Virus record (IMG/VR): IMGVR_UViG_3300006120_000064
Coordinates: 1-30,419 of that record
Source of the DNA: a virus
Taxonomy: Duplodnaviria; Caudoviricetes
Reading direction: 5' to 3' (one strand)
Length of the DNA stretch: 30,419 nt
Numbering within the stretch: position 1 is the first letter of the stretch; every line of letters starts with the position of its first letter. Below, piece by piece: positions 6,824 to 15,174 of the stretch. A model generated the notes under the pieces. The model was not told where the DNA came from and did not search any database. It was given only the letters and a program-made list of their open reading frames with translations. The position numbers were made by a program, and so were the translations under genes.

Positions 6824-7392
6824 GCTGCAGCTCCTTGCACAGTAAATTCACGGGTGTTGAGTTTGGTGATGCGGCACAGGTGTCCGCTGGGTGTCCTGAA
6901 TACGTTCTTGCGAATCGGGTCGTAGGTGTAGGTGAAGGTGTCAATCTTTTCAACCCAGCCGCCGAAGTCAAAGGTCAGCGGGTGAGACAGTTTGATAACG
7001 TCACCATATGAAAGTTTTGGTGTTTTCTTGGCAGCTGCAGCCTTGGCACGGCATTTTTGACGCCATTCAATCGCCATCTTGCTGGGTGTTGGATACAGTG
7101 CATCGAGTTTGTCCAGCAATTTTTTCGGTGCATCGTAGTAGTAAGGTCCAACTGATTCGCCCATCTCTTTAAGGTAAATCCAGCCATCCTCCTTGCGAGC
7201 CAGCACGACCATTGCCTCTGCGACGACAATGCCAGTGTGTTTGTCCTCGGTCATGTAGATGCCGTAAGCCACATTGCCCCGCATGGAGACGTCAGTAAAC
7301 AGGAAACGGTGCGTGTCCGTCTCGCTGGTCAGTTCTTTGATGATGTAGTCCTTCACGGACAATCCTTGTGCATTTGAGCCAGTCCATCCCAT
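6820..7392 (-). CDS. DUF6927-like protein
   Basis: MGW start and KEMGESVGPYYYDAP..LL...WRQKC motif. Confidence 0.75.
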   Translation of the reverse strand: MGWTGSNAQGLSVKDYIIKELTSETDTHRFLFTDVSMRGNVAYGIYMTEDKHTGIVVAEAMVVLARKEDGWIYLKEMGESVGPYYYDAPKKLLDKLDALYPTPSKMAIEWRQKCRAKAAAAKKTPKLSYGDVIKLSHPLTFDFGGWVEKIDTFTYTYDPIRKNVFRTPSGHLCRITKLNTREFTVQGAAA

Positions 7393-7402
7393 GGTGTTCT
7401 CC

Positions 7403-7756
7403 TTAATATTCAGATGTGAGCATTAAAACGTTATCGACCAAGAAAAACCGATACAACCCAGTGGGGCAATCGGTGTAGTCAAGGTGTTTGGTTTTGATGG
7501 TGTTGCAATCGCCGTCTTCGACACTGATGTCAGCCTTTTGGTGGTTGACAATCAAGTTGATTGACTGAAACGGCACATTCTTGAGCAGCGGTGCGTATTC
7601 GCTGGCAATGATGTCGAGCAGCCAGTAAGCCCCAGCTCGGTCGCAAAAGTGTTTCACCCCGTCTGTATGAACCATTCTTGTGAATGGTGACGAGCGGTGA
7701 AAGTATTCTGTACCAGTGAACTGGGACAGTTCTTGTGAAAGGTCTAAAGTTTCCAT
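7403..7756 (-). CDS. DUF6876-like protein
   Basis: L.QFTGTE...TDGV....AGAYWLLDIIAS...YTDCP...LMLTSEY. Confidence 0.8.
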   Translation of the reverse strand: METLDLSQELSQFTGTEYFHRSSPFTRMVHTDGVKHFCDRAGAYWLLDIIASEYAPLLKNVPFQSINLIVNHQKADISVEDGDCNTIKTKHLDYTDCPTGLYRFFLVDNVLMLTSEY

Positions 7757-7774
7757 TTGTTTCTCCTAGCAGTT

Positions 7775-7826
7775 GAGTAAGACCCCTTCTCAGGGGTTTC
7801 GTCTATTCAAGACTCGTCAGTTACTC
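7775..7826 (-). ncRNA. Type I hammerhead ribozyme
   Basis: The minus strand reads GAGUAA CUGACGA GUCU-UGAAU-AGAC GAAA CCCCU-GAGA-AGGGG UC^ UUACUC. All core nucleotides and three perfect stems are present. Cleavage is predicted between 7781 and 7780. Confidence 0.93.
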
Positions 7827-7986
7827 TTTGGTACATGTTCCAGCCGCAGGTGACGATTTCGTGGTTGTGCTTGATAAGTTCAGCAATCATGGAGCGGTCA
7901 AACTCATGCCAGCTGGGTGAATCGACAGGGAGACGGCAGACTTCGTGCCAGCCGTGGTCATTTTTGGCGTGGTAGGCGACAATCAT
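7807..7986 (-). CDS. Hypothetical early protein
   Basis: MIVAYHAKND..., starting at an ATGA overlap with the 7983-8150 ORF. Its 3' end overlaps the ribozyme. Confidence 0.7.
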   Translation of the reverse strand: MIVAYHAKNDHGWHEVCRLPVDSPSWHEFDRSMIAELIKHNHEIVTCGWNMYQRVTDES

Positions 7987-8150
7987 TCTTGACTCACTTT
8001 CCCGCATCTGTTGCCATTGATGTCGTACAGGTACTTCGGCAGCGCATGACGTTCGACCATCTGCAGGGCAAGGTTGTCCAAGATACGAGCCACTTCTGAA
8101 TAAAGGTCTTCAAAGGCGGCGTTGTCGGTGTTGATTTCAATAGTTATCAT
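7983..8150 (-). CDS. Small conserved phage protein (55 aa, absent from the ORF track)
   Basis: MITIEINTDNAAFEDLYSEVARILDNL...LYDINGNRCGKVSQE; TAGGAG RBS; fills the operon gap. Confidence 0.8.
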   Translation of the reverse strand: MITIEINTDNAAFEDLYSEVARILDNLALQMVERHALPKYLYDINGNRCGKVSQE

Positions 8151-8349
8151 GTTTTTCTCCTAAGATTTGTTGACGAATCTCTTCGGCAGCCGACAGGATG
8201 TCAGCCTTGGAGCCAGTTAGACCGAATTCTTTTTTGAGGATGGTGAAAGCCGAAGGCGAACGGCTACGGGTCAGACCTTTAGATTCCAGTTTTGCCATCA
8301 TGACGATGGTCAAGAAGCGAGCGTTGAGTACTTGGTCGCCAGTGAGCAT
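8137..8349 (-). CDS. Hypothetical early protein
   Basis: MLTGDQV... after an AGGGGA RBS; ...KLESKGLTRSRSPSAFTILKKEFGLTGSK. Confidence 0.75.
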   Translation of the reverse strand: MLTGDQVLNARFLTIVMMAKLESKGLTRSRSPSAFTILKKEFGLTGSKADILSAAEEIRQQILGEKHDNY

Positions 8350-8351
8350 GG

Positions 8352-8591
8352 TTATTCCCCTGCAATCATGTAGTTCTTGCTTTTCCAGCAAACGGCACCG
8401 TTGTCTGGGTCTTCGGTGATAACGACAGAGAAGTCTTCGCAGCCGTCAAGTACTTCACCGTCATAGGACAGGTCGATACCCATAGAGTTTGCGTAGACGT
8501 CTGCCCAGTGGTCAGGGTCAAGCGTGTCGTTGTCTGCCAGCTGGATGCGGGTTTCTTCATTTCCAAAGCGGTCTTTTATCAGTGCGTACAT
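8352..8591 (-). CDS. Acidic hypothetical early protein
   Basis: MYALIKDRFG... preceded by the shared leader GGAGAACACC. Confidence 0.75.
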   Translation of the reverse strand: MYALIKDRFGNEETRIQLADNDTLDPDHWADVYANSMGIDLSYDGEVLDGCEDFSVVITEDPDNGAVCWKSKNYMIAGE

Positions 8592-8622
8592 GGTGTTCTC
8601 CAGCCCCCGAAGGGGCAACAGG

Positions 8623-8811
8623 TTAGTAGTTGAATCGTTTGAACAGGTCAGCGAAGGCAGTGACCAGCTTGTCTTTGTTCTTACTATCTGCGTGGAAGTA
8701 AGCATCAGATATGGCAGCAGCGAAGTGTCCTCCTGATTTCATGTTGTTGGCTGCACGATATTCAGCTTCGAACTTGTGCTGCAGCAGGGTTTCTTGTAGT
8801 TCTTCAGTCAT
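8623..8811 (-). CDS. Hypothetical early protein
   Basis: GGHFAAAISDAYFHADSKNKDKLVTAF motif; shared leader AAGGAGAACACC. Confidence 0.8.
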   Translation of the reverse strand: MTEELQETLLQHKFEAEYRAANNMKSGGHFAAAISDAYFHADSKNKDKLVTAFADLFKRFNY

Positions 8812-8821
8812 GGTGTTCTCC

Positions 8822-9061
8822 TTAAAAAGCGGTTAAACGAATCTCTTGTGCATACTCGTGGCGCAGCTGGACAGTGAGAGCCAGTTGTTTGAATGCTTCA
8901 AGACAGTCAGTTTGGTAGTACTCAAGGATGTCTCCGTCATCCCATGCTTCGGCTACTTCATCCCAGCCTCCAGACTCGTAGTGTTCTAGTGCGTAGATGC
9001 GTACAGCACGAATGAACTGCTGCTCATCCAGTGGTTGGGTCAGTTGTGTTGGGTAATCCAT
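8822..9061 (-). CDS. First gene of the early operon, hypothetical
   Basis: AVRIYALEHYESGGWD.V.EAWDD; leader CTGCTAGGAG. Confidence 0.8.
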   Translation of the reverse strand: MDYPTQLTQPLDEQQFIRAVRIYALEHYESGGWDEVAEAWDDGDILEYYQTDCLEAFKQLALTVQLRHEYAQEIRLTAF

Positions 9062-9112
9062 GTTTAACTCCTAGCAGGTGGTTGTTTTGAATGTCATCTA
9101 GTGACACAACGC

Positions 9113-9140
9113 ATGTTATAGATACTAGGTTGACAGTCAA
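9113..9140 (-). promoter_or_regulatory. Putative leftward (early) promoter overlapping the palindrome TTGACAGTCAA
   Basis: Minus strand TTGACT, 16 bp, TAACAT, about 50 bp upstream of the first early gene. Confidence 0.5.
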
Positions 9141-9362
9141 GCCCCCAAACCTTCAACTTTACATAACTTTACACAATATTGGTGCGAAGGTATTCATTTT
9201 GTGTGGTTCAAAATCAATATTAGGTCGGCTGCGTGGGTGTTGGCACGAAGGAGCGAAGGCGGCGGGAAAGGTAAAGCGGCGGCACGTTGATAGCGAAGCG
9301 GAACAGTGTGGTGTCTGCTCTAGTAGAGAGATAGAACACTATCAGAGAAGTATCTCTCAGAC

Positions 9363-9390
9363 TTGACAGTATCTTGAAGTGTCCTAGAAT
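9363..9390 (+). promoter_or_regulatory. Putative promoter for the packaging operon
   Basis: TTGACA, 16 bp, TAGAAT. Confidence 0.6.
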
Positions 9391-9420
9391 CGGATGGTAC
9401 TCAACTCGTACTTAACAATC

Positions 9421-10317
9421 ATGCCAGCCAAACTCACAAGAAAAGAAATCCAAGAAGGGATTAAGCAAGTGCCAATCGAGCGGATTTTGTTGGGAGCTAC
9501 TAACCCAGCAAATATCAAACTCACCAAGAAACAAAAGGCATTTGCTGAACAAGTGGTAGAAACAGGCAACAAGACAGAAGCGTACAGACGAGCCTACAAC
9601 ACCAACGGGAAGAGAACGACAGCTGCACCATCAGCAAACAAACTCTCCAAAAACCCAAACGTGAACACTTACATCATGGCACTAAACGCAGCTAAAAGTG
9701 TTGAGGAATATCTTCTACCCGCTCGTTTGAGGTCAATGGCAATACACAAACTCTCACAGTTAGCACTATCAGATGACATTGCCCCCGCCCAGCAGCTCAA
9801 GGCGTTGGAGCTTGTGGGCAAAATGACAGAGGTTGCGCTGTTCACCGAGCGGCGTGAGCTGGTGCATACGATGGACTCGGACACCTTGAAAGTCAAGTTG
9901 ATGGAAGCGGTGCAGCTTGCCATTGCTAACAGCAAGGGCATTCGCCAAACGACCAAGAGAAGTGCAGCCGAGCTGCTGGCGGAGCTTACCAACCAGAGCG
10001 AGCCTGAAGATATTGAGTACGTTGACATGCAATCAGTTGACATGCAACCACTTGACAGTCAAGCTGAGCTGGAATCCATCTCTGAACTGGCGGGGGAAGG
10101 GCATGTGAAACGGCAGGGCGACGACCCCACCGAGGGGCATCCCCCATTTTTTCCAAACGAATCGGCGGCTCACTTGCATAGTATTCCGCACAATCAATCA
10201 TCGCTTCAAACGGGTGGGGGGGATCAATTTTCTATTGACAGTCAAGTAGGCTCGGATATGGAAAAGGCCCCCCTTGTGATTTCTGATGAAAATGGGGAGG
10301 GGGGTATACAAAAATGA
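9421..10317 (+). CDS. terS: Terminase small subunit with a disordered C-terminal tail
   Basis: LTKKQKAFA......NKTEAYRRAY HTH, QLKALELVGK, and position before terL. An alternative start exists at 9394. Confidence 0.85.
   Translation: MPAKLTRKEIQEGIKQVPIERILLGATNPANIKLTKKQKAFAEQVVETGNKTEAYRRAYNTNGKRTTAAPSANKLSKNPNVNTYIMALNAAKSVEEYLLPARLRSMAIHKLSQLALSDDIAPAQQLKALELVGKMTEVALFTERRELVHTMDSDTLKVKLMEAVQLAIANSKGIRQTTKRSAAELLAELTNQSEPEDIEYVDMQSVDMQPLDSQAELESISELAGEGHVKRQGDDPTEGHPPFFPNESAAHLHSIPHNQSSLQTGGGDQFSIDSQVGSDMEKAPLVISDENGEGGIQK
10021..10062 (+). repeat. Three 15-bp-period repeats, each containing TTGACA
   Basis: GTTGACATGCAA at 10021 and 10036, and CTTGACAGTCAA at 10051. Confidence 0.8.
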
Positions 10318-10541
10318 CGCCAGCGCAAAAAGAGACATATTTAGTTATTGAGCAATGGTGGGCTACGTTTGGGTATGGGCCTACGATAGATGACATCATG
10401 CACTTGACGGGGGAGAAGGGTCGGGGGAATGTGGCTAGGAAGATGAGGCGGTTGATTGATTTGGGTGTGTGTAAGGGGACGATGAAGATGACTAGGAGTA
10501 TTCGTCCGGCTCATTTGAGGTTGAGGAATTTGCATGGATGA
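10314..10541 (+). CDS. LexA N-terminal-like winged HTH DNA-binding protein (no peptidase domain)
   Basis: MTPAQKE...I..WW..FGYGPTIDDI......G.V...M..L...G......RSIRP. Confidence 0.8.
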   Translation: MTPAQKETYLVIEQWWATFGYGPTIDDIMHLTGEKGRGNVARKMRRLIDLGVCKGTMKMTRSIRPAHLRLRNLHG

Positions 10542-12024
10542 TTTGCTTGAGATATTGAAGACCTTGCCTGAGGAGGAGCAGGCGGCGTTGCGTCCTTTGG
10601 CTATGGCGTATCGGGATGCGGTGACGAGGGAGAGTGGTCAGAATGACTTTATGGCTTTTGTGCAGACGATGTGGCCGGGGTTTATTCATGGGGCACACCA
10701 TGCGTTGATGGCTCAGAAGTTTGAGGAGATTGCACAGGGGAAGATTAAGCGGTTAATTATTAACATGCCACCCCGTCATACGAAGTCGGAGTTTGCGAGC
10801 TATTTGTTGCCGGCTTGGTACTTGGGGAAGTTTCCTCAGAAGAAGATTATTCAGTGTTCAAACACGGCTGAATTGGCTGTGGGGTTTGGCCGTAAGGTGC
10901 GTAACTTGGTGGATGGGGAGAATTATGCCAAGGTGTTTCCGAATGTGGCGTTGAGGTCTGACTCAAAGGCGGCTGGACGATGGAGTACGAATGCTAACGG
11001 GGAGTACTTTGCGATTGGTGTGGGTGGTACGGTGACGGGTAAGGGTGCGGACTTGTTGATTATTGATGACCCGCATTCTGAGCAGGAAGCTGCACTGGCG
11101 TCGAGTGACCCGGCGGTGTTTGACAAGGTGTATGAGTGGTATACGTCTGGTCCACGTCAGCGGTTGCAGCCAGGCGGCTCAATTGTGGTGGTGATGACAC
11201 GCTGGTCCAAGCGAGATTTGACGGGCAAGATCTGTCAGGCGATGGTGGACAGGGACGGGGATGAGTGGGAGATTATTAGTCTTCCGGCGATTAAGAGGAA
11301 TGAAAAGCCGCTGTGGCCGGAGTTTTGGAGCTTTGATGAGCTGAATAAATTGCGGATTGAGTTGCCTTTATCGAAGTGGCAGGCTCAGTATCAGCAAGAT
11401 CCAACGTCCGAAGAAGGTGCGTTGGTCAAGCGAGAGTGGTGGAAGGTGTGGGAGGATGAGAGGCCACCAGCTTGTCATTACGTGATTCAGTCATGGGATA
11501 CGGCGTTTACGAAGTCTGAGAGGGCTGACTATTCGGCGTGTACGACTTGGGGTGTATTTTTCTTGCACGAGAATGAGCAAGATCCAAACATTATTTTGCT
11601 GGATGCTTTTAAGGAGCGGATGGAGTTTCCGACTTTGAAGCAACGGGCAATGGATATGTATCAGGAGTGGCAGCCAGATTCGTTCATTGTGGAGGCAAAG
11701 GCATCGGGTGCACCGTTGATTTTCGAGCTTCGCAGGATGGGCATACCGGTTCAGGAATTTACACCGACGAGGGGCAACGACAAGATTTCACGGCTAAATG
11801 CGGTGACAGATTTGTTTGCCAGTGGTAAGGTGTGGGCACCAAGAAAACGTTGGGCTGAAGAAGTCATTGAAGAAGTAGCATCTTTTCCTAACTCAGATCA
11901 TGACGATTTGGTAGACTCTACGACACAGGCTTTGCTTAGATTTAGGCGTGGCGGCTTTGTAAGTTTGCAAAGTGATGAGCCAGATGAGCCTAGAGAATTC
12001 AGACGCAAAAAAGGCTATTACTAA
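10534..12024 (+). CDS. terL: Terminase large subunit
   Basis: NMPPRHTKS Walker A, LLIIDD Walker B, MTRW, YQQDP, SWDTA, HDDLVD nuclease motifs. Confidence 0.97.
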   Translation: MDDLLEILKTLPEEEQAALRPLAMAYRDAVTRESGQNDFMAFVQTMWPGFIHGAHHALMAQKFEEIAQGKIKRLIINMPPRHTKSEFASYLLPAWYLGKFPQKKIIQCSNTAELAVGFGRKVRNLVDGENYAKVFPNVALRSDSKAAGRWSTNANGEYFAIGVGGTVTGKGADLLIIDDPHSEQEAALASSDPAVFDKVYEWYTSGPRQRLQPGGSIVVVMTRWSKRDLTGKICQAMVDRDGDEWEIISLPAIKRNEKPLWPEFWSFDELNKLRIELPLSKWQAQYQQDPTSEEGALVKREWWKVWEDERPPACHYVIQSWDTAFTKSERADYSACTTWGVFFLHENEQDPNIILLDAFKERMEFPTLKQRAMDMYQEWQPDSFIVEAKASGAPLIFELRRMGIPVQEFTPTRGNDKISRLNAVTDLFASGKVWAPRKRWAEEVIEEVASFPNSDHDDLVDSTTQALLRFRRGGFVSLQSDEPDEPREFRRKKGYY

Positions 12025-12032
12025 GGAATCGT

Positions 12033-14567
12033 ATGTCAATTGATAAAGCAATGTATCAAGCTCCTGCTGGACTGCCCAGTTTGGATAATCCAGACGTTGA
12101 GATTGAGATTGTTGATCCTGAAGAGGTTGACATCAAGGTTGGCGACATGGAAGTCCACATGGGCGGGGAAAATACGGAAGACTTTGATGCCAACTTGGCT
12201 GAATACATTCCTGAATCAATCCTGTTGCAAATTGGCTCTGAACTGTTGGATGACTACCAGACCGACATTGATTCTCGTAAAGATTGGATTCAAACCTACG
12301 TGGATGGCTTGGAACTTCTTGGCCTGAAGATTGAAGAACGCACAGAACCTTGGGAAGGTGCTTGCGGGGTGTATCACCCAGTGCTGGCCGAAGCGGTGAT
12401 TAAGTTTCAATCTGAAACAATCATGGAAACTTTCCCAGCTGCGGGTCCCGTCAAAGGCGAGATCGTTGGCAAGGAAACCCAAGAAAAGAAAGACGCTTGT
12501 GAGCGTGTCGTGGAAGACATGAACCACGAGCTGGTGGACGTGATGCAAGAGTACCGTCCAGAACATGAGCGTATGTTGTGGGGTGTGGGGTTATCAGGTA
12601 ACGGCTTTAAAAAGATTTACGTTGATCCACGACTTGACCGTCAAGTCTCGATGTACATCCCAGCGGAGGATTTGGTTGTTCCTTATGGCTCAGCCAATTT
12701 GGAAACGGCAGAACGTATTACGCACGTGATGCGTAAAACAGAAAATGAAGTCAAGCGTCTGCAGTATGAGGGTTTTTACCGAGACGTTAATCTTGGAACG
12801 CCAGACAACACGCTGGATGAGATTGAAAAGAAGATTGCCGAAAAACTTGGCTTTCGCGCAACCACAGATGACCGCCACAAGATTTTAGAAATCCATGTTA
12901 ACTTAGACATTCCCGGCTTTGAGCATATTGACAAGGACGGCGAACCCACCGGCATTGCATTGCCTTACGTGGTGACGATTGATAAGTCCTCCAGCACGGT
13001 TTTGGCAGTACGCCGCAACTGGAAAGAAAACGACAAGACGCACCAAAAACGCCAGCATTTTGTCCATTATGGATATATTCCCGGCTTTGGTTTTTACCAT
13101 TTTGGGTTGATTCACTTGATTGGTGCGTTTGCTAAATCTGGTACGTCTATCCTGCGCCAGTTGGTGGATGCTGGCTCGTTGGCCAACTTACCCGGCGGTT
13201 TTAAAACCCGTGGTCTTCGGGTCAAGGGTGACGACACACCGATTGCACCGGGCGAATTCAGGGACGTAGATGTCCCAAGCGGCACGATGAAAGACAACAT
13301 CATGCCCTTGCCTTACAAAGAACCCAGCCAAACATTGATTGTTTTGCTAAACCAAATCGTTGAAGAAGGCCGTCGTTTTGCTTCTTCTGGCGACTTGAAG
13401 GCTTCGGACATGTCCAGCCAATCCCCCGTGGGAACAACGCTGGCCATTTTGGAACGCACATTGAAAGTAATGTCTGCCATTCAGGCACGTATTCACTACT
13501 CAATGAAGCAAGAGTTCCGTCTTTTGAAGAGCATCATTGCCGAGTATGCGCCTGCAGACTACGACTATGAACCGTTTACAGGAACTCGTAAAGCCCGTAA
13601 ATCTGACTATGAGATGGTCAACATCATTCCAGTCAGTGATCCAAATGCGGCAACGATGAGCCAAAAAGTGGTTCAATATCAGGCAGTTTTGCAGCTGAGC
13701 CAAACAGCGCCACAGCTCTACAACTTGCCTTACCTACACCGCCAGATGTTGGAAGTCATTGGGATTAAGAACTTGGAAAAACTGGTTCCCCTGCCAGAGG
13801 ATCAATCTCCCGTGGATCCAGTAACTGAGAACGTAAATGCTTTAAAAAACAAACCTTTAAAAGCGTTTTTGCATCAAGACCATCAAGCCCACATACAAAT
13901 TCACTTGTCGGCTTTAAATGATCCAAAGATCAAACAAGTCATTGGCCAAAACCCTCAGGCTCCGATGATGATGCAAGCGTTGCAGGCACACATCACTGAG
14001 CACGTTGGCATGGAATACATGCGTCAGATGCAGCTGTCCATGGGCATCAACATTCCTTACTCGGACAACGACGACAACGAAATCAAGTTGACGCCAGAGC
14101 AAGAGATGATGATTACCCGTCTGGCCGTGCCTGCGGCGCAGAACTTGCTCAATCAAAATCAAACGGCCATGGCTGCACAGCAAGCCCAGCAAGCGGCGCA
14201 AGATCCAATTGTCCAAATGCAAATGAAAGAACTCCAGCTCAAAGCGCAAGAGATCGACATCAAGCAAAAGAAAATGCAAATGGATGCAGCGGCCAAAGCA
14301 GACCAGCTGGAGATCGAAAAACAACGCATTGCGGCACAAAAAGAAATTGCCGGTATGCAAGTTGGCGCAAAGATCAAAACAGACAAAGAGAAGTTAAAAG
14401 CCAGTCAGCAATTAGAAGGCATGAAGCTCGGCCACCAAATTGGCAATGCTCAAGCCCAATTGAACCAGCAGCGTCAAAACGAGAAACTGCGCGTAGCCGC
14501 TGATCTCTATAAAGCCCAAAATCAAAACGAGAAACAGCAACCACCTTCAAAAAAGGAAGATAAATGA
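12033..14567 (+). CDS. Portal protein (P22-like, with a long Gln-rich coiled-coil C terminus)
   Basis: 844 aa directly after terL; HPVLAEAVIKFQ, GFYHFGLIHLIG, RQLVDAG motifs. Confidence 0.9.
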   Translation: MSIDKAMYQAPAGLPSLDNPDVEIEIVDPEEVDIKVGDMEVHMGGENTEDFDANLAEYIPESILLQIGSELLDDYQTDIDSRKDWIQTYVDGLELLGLKIEERTEPWEGACGVYHPVLAEAVIKFQSETIMETFPAAGPVKGEIVGKETQEKKDACERVVEDMNHELVDVMQEYRPEHERMLWGVGLSGNGFKKIYVDPRLDRQVSMYIPAEDLVVPYGSANLETAERITHVMRKTENEVKRLQYEGFYRDVNLGTPDNTLDEIEKKIAEKLGFRATTDDRHKILEIHVNLDIPGFEHIDKDGEPTGIALPYVVTIDKSSSTVLAVRRNWKENDKTHQKRQHFVHYGYIPGFGFYHFGLIHLIGAFAKSGTSILRQLVDAGSLANLPGGFKTRGLRVKGDDTPIAPGEFRDVDVPSGTMKDNIMPLPYKEPSQTLIVLLNQIVEEGRRFASSGDLKASDMSSQSPVGTTLAILERTLKVMSAIQARIHYSMKQEFRLLKSIIAEYAPADYDYEPFTGTRKARKSDYEMVNIIPVSDPNAATMSQKVVQYQAVLQLSQTAPQLYNLPYLHRQMLEVIGIKNLEKLVPLPEDQSPVDPVTENVNALKNKPLKAFLHQDHQAHIQIHLSALNDPKIKQVIGQNPQAPMMMQALQAHITEHVGMEYMRQMQLSMGINIPYSDNDDNEIKLTPEQEMMITRLAVPAAQNLLNQNQTAMAAQQAQQAAQDPIVQMQMKELQLKAQEIDIKQKKMQMDAAAKADQLEIEKQRIAAQKEIAGMQVGAKIKTDKEKLKASQQLEGMKLGHQIGNAQAQLNQQRQNEKLRVAADLYKAQNQNEKQQPPSKKEDK

Positions 14568-14758
14568 AAGAAAAAATCTTAGACCATCTGCTCAAACAAG
14601 TGGATGCAAAAGTGAGGAGCTTGGAAGAGTCCCTCGGTACAGGTGTGGCCAAAGACTACGCTGACTACCAAAAGACGTGCGGACAGATCACTGGTCTTCT
14701 GACTGTACGGCTCTACATGACAGACCTAAAAAAGAACTTGGAGAATTTTGATGAGTGA
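14564..14758 (+). CDS. Small conserved head-module protein
   Basis: G.AKDYADYQ..CGQITGL motif, typically found after the portal in this phage group. Confidence 0.8.
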   Translation: MKEKILDHLLKQVDAKVRSLEESLGTGVAKDYADYQKTCGQITGLLTVRLYMTDLKKNLENFDE

Positions 14759-15161
14759 AATACTGATCGGCTCAAACCCCGATGATGTGAGTAACGCAAC
14801 TGTTTTGCCCGAAACGGCAGAGGAAAAAGCCAAACAACTGCCTGTCCCACAAGGCTATCGCATGTTGGTAGGCATTCCAGACGCAGAAAAAACCTATGAA
14901 GGCGGCATTTTGAAAGCTGGATCAACATTGCACATGGAAGAAGTACTTTCAACCGTGTTTTTTGTGATCAAACAAGGATCAGATTGCTACAAAGATGAAA
15001 AACGCTTTCCCAATGGCCCATGGTGCAAAGAAGGTGACTTCATTTTGGCTCGTCCAAACACGGGAACACGCCTAAAAATCCATGGTCAAGAGTTCCGATT
15101 GATCAATGACGACTCAGTTGAGGCCGTTGTTGAAGATCCTCGCGGCATCACCCGCGCTTAA
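14751..15161 (+). CDS. GroES-like co-chaperonin
   Basis: P.GYRMLV....EKTYEGGIL...G..CY.D..RFP.GPWCKEGDFI...G.EFRLINDDSVEAVV. Confidence 0.85.
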   Translation: MSEILIGSNPDDVSNATVLPETAEEKAKQLPVPQGYRMLVGIPDAEKTYEGGILKAGSTLHMEEVLSTVFFVIKQGSDCYKDEKRFPNGPWCKEGDFILARPNTGTRLKIHGQEFRLINDDSVEAVVEDPRGITRA

Positions 15162-15174
15162 CAGGAGAAAGAAT

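Noticed and set aside
8603-8616. GCCCC/GGGGC hairpin as a second ribozyme or terminator
   Set aside because: No hammerhead core nearby and no U-tract on the coding strand. It is a simple intergenic hairpin next to an RBS.
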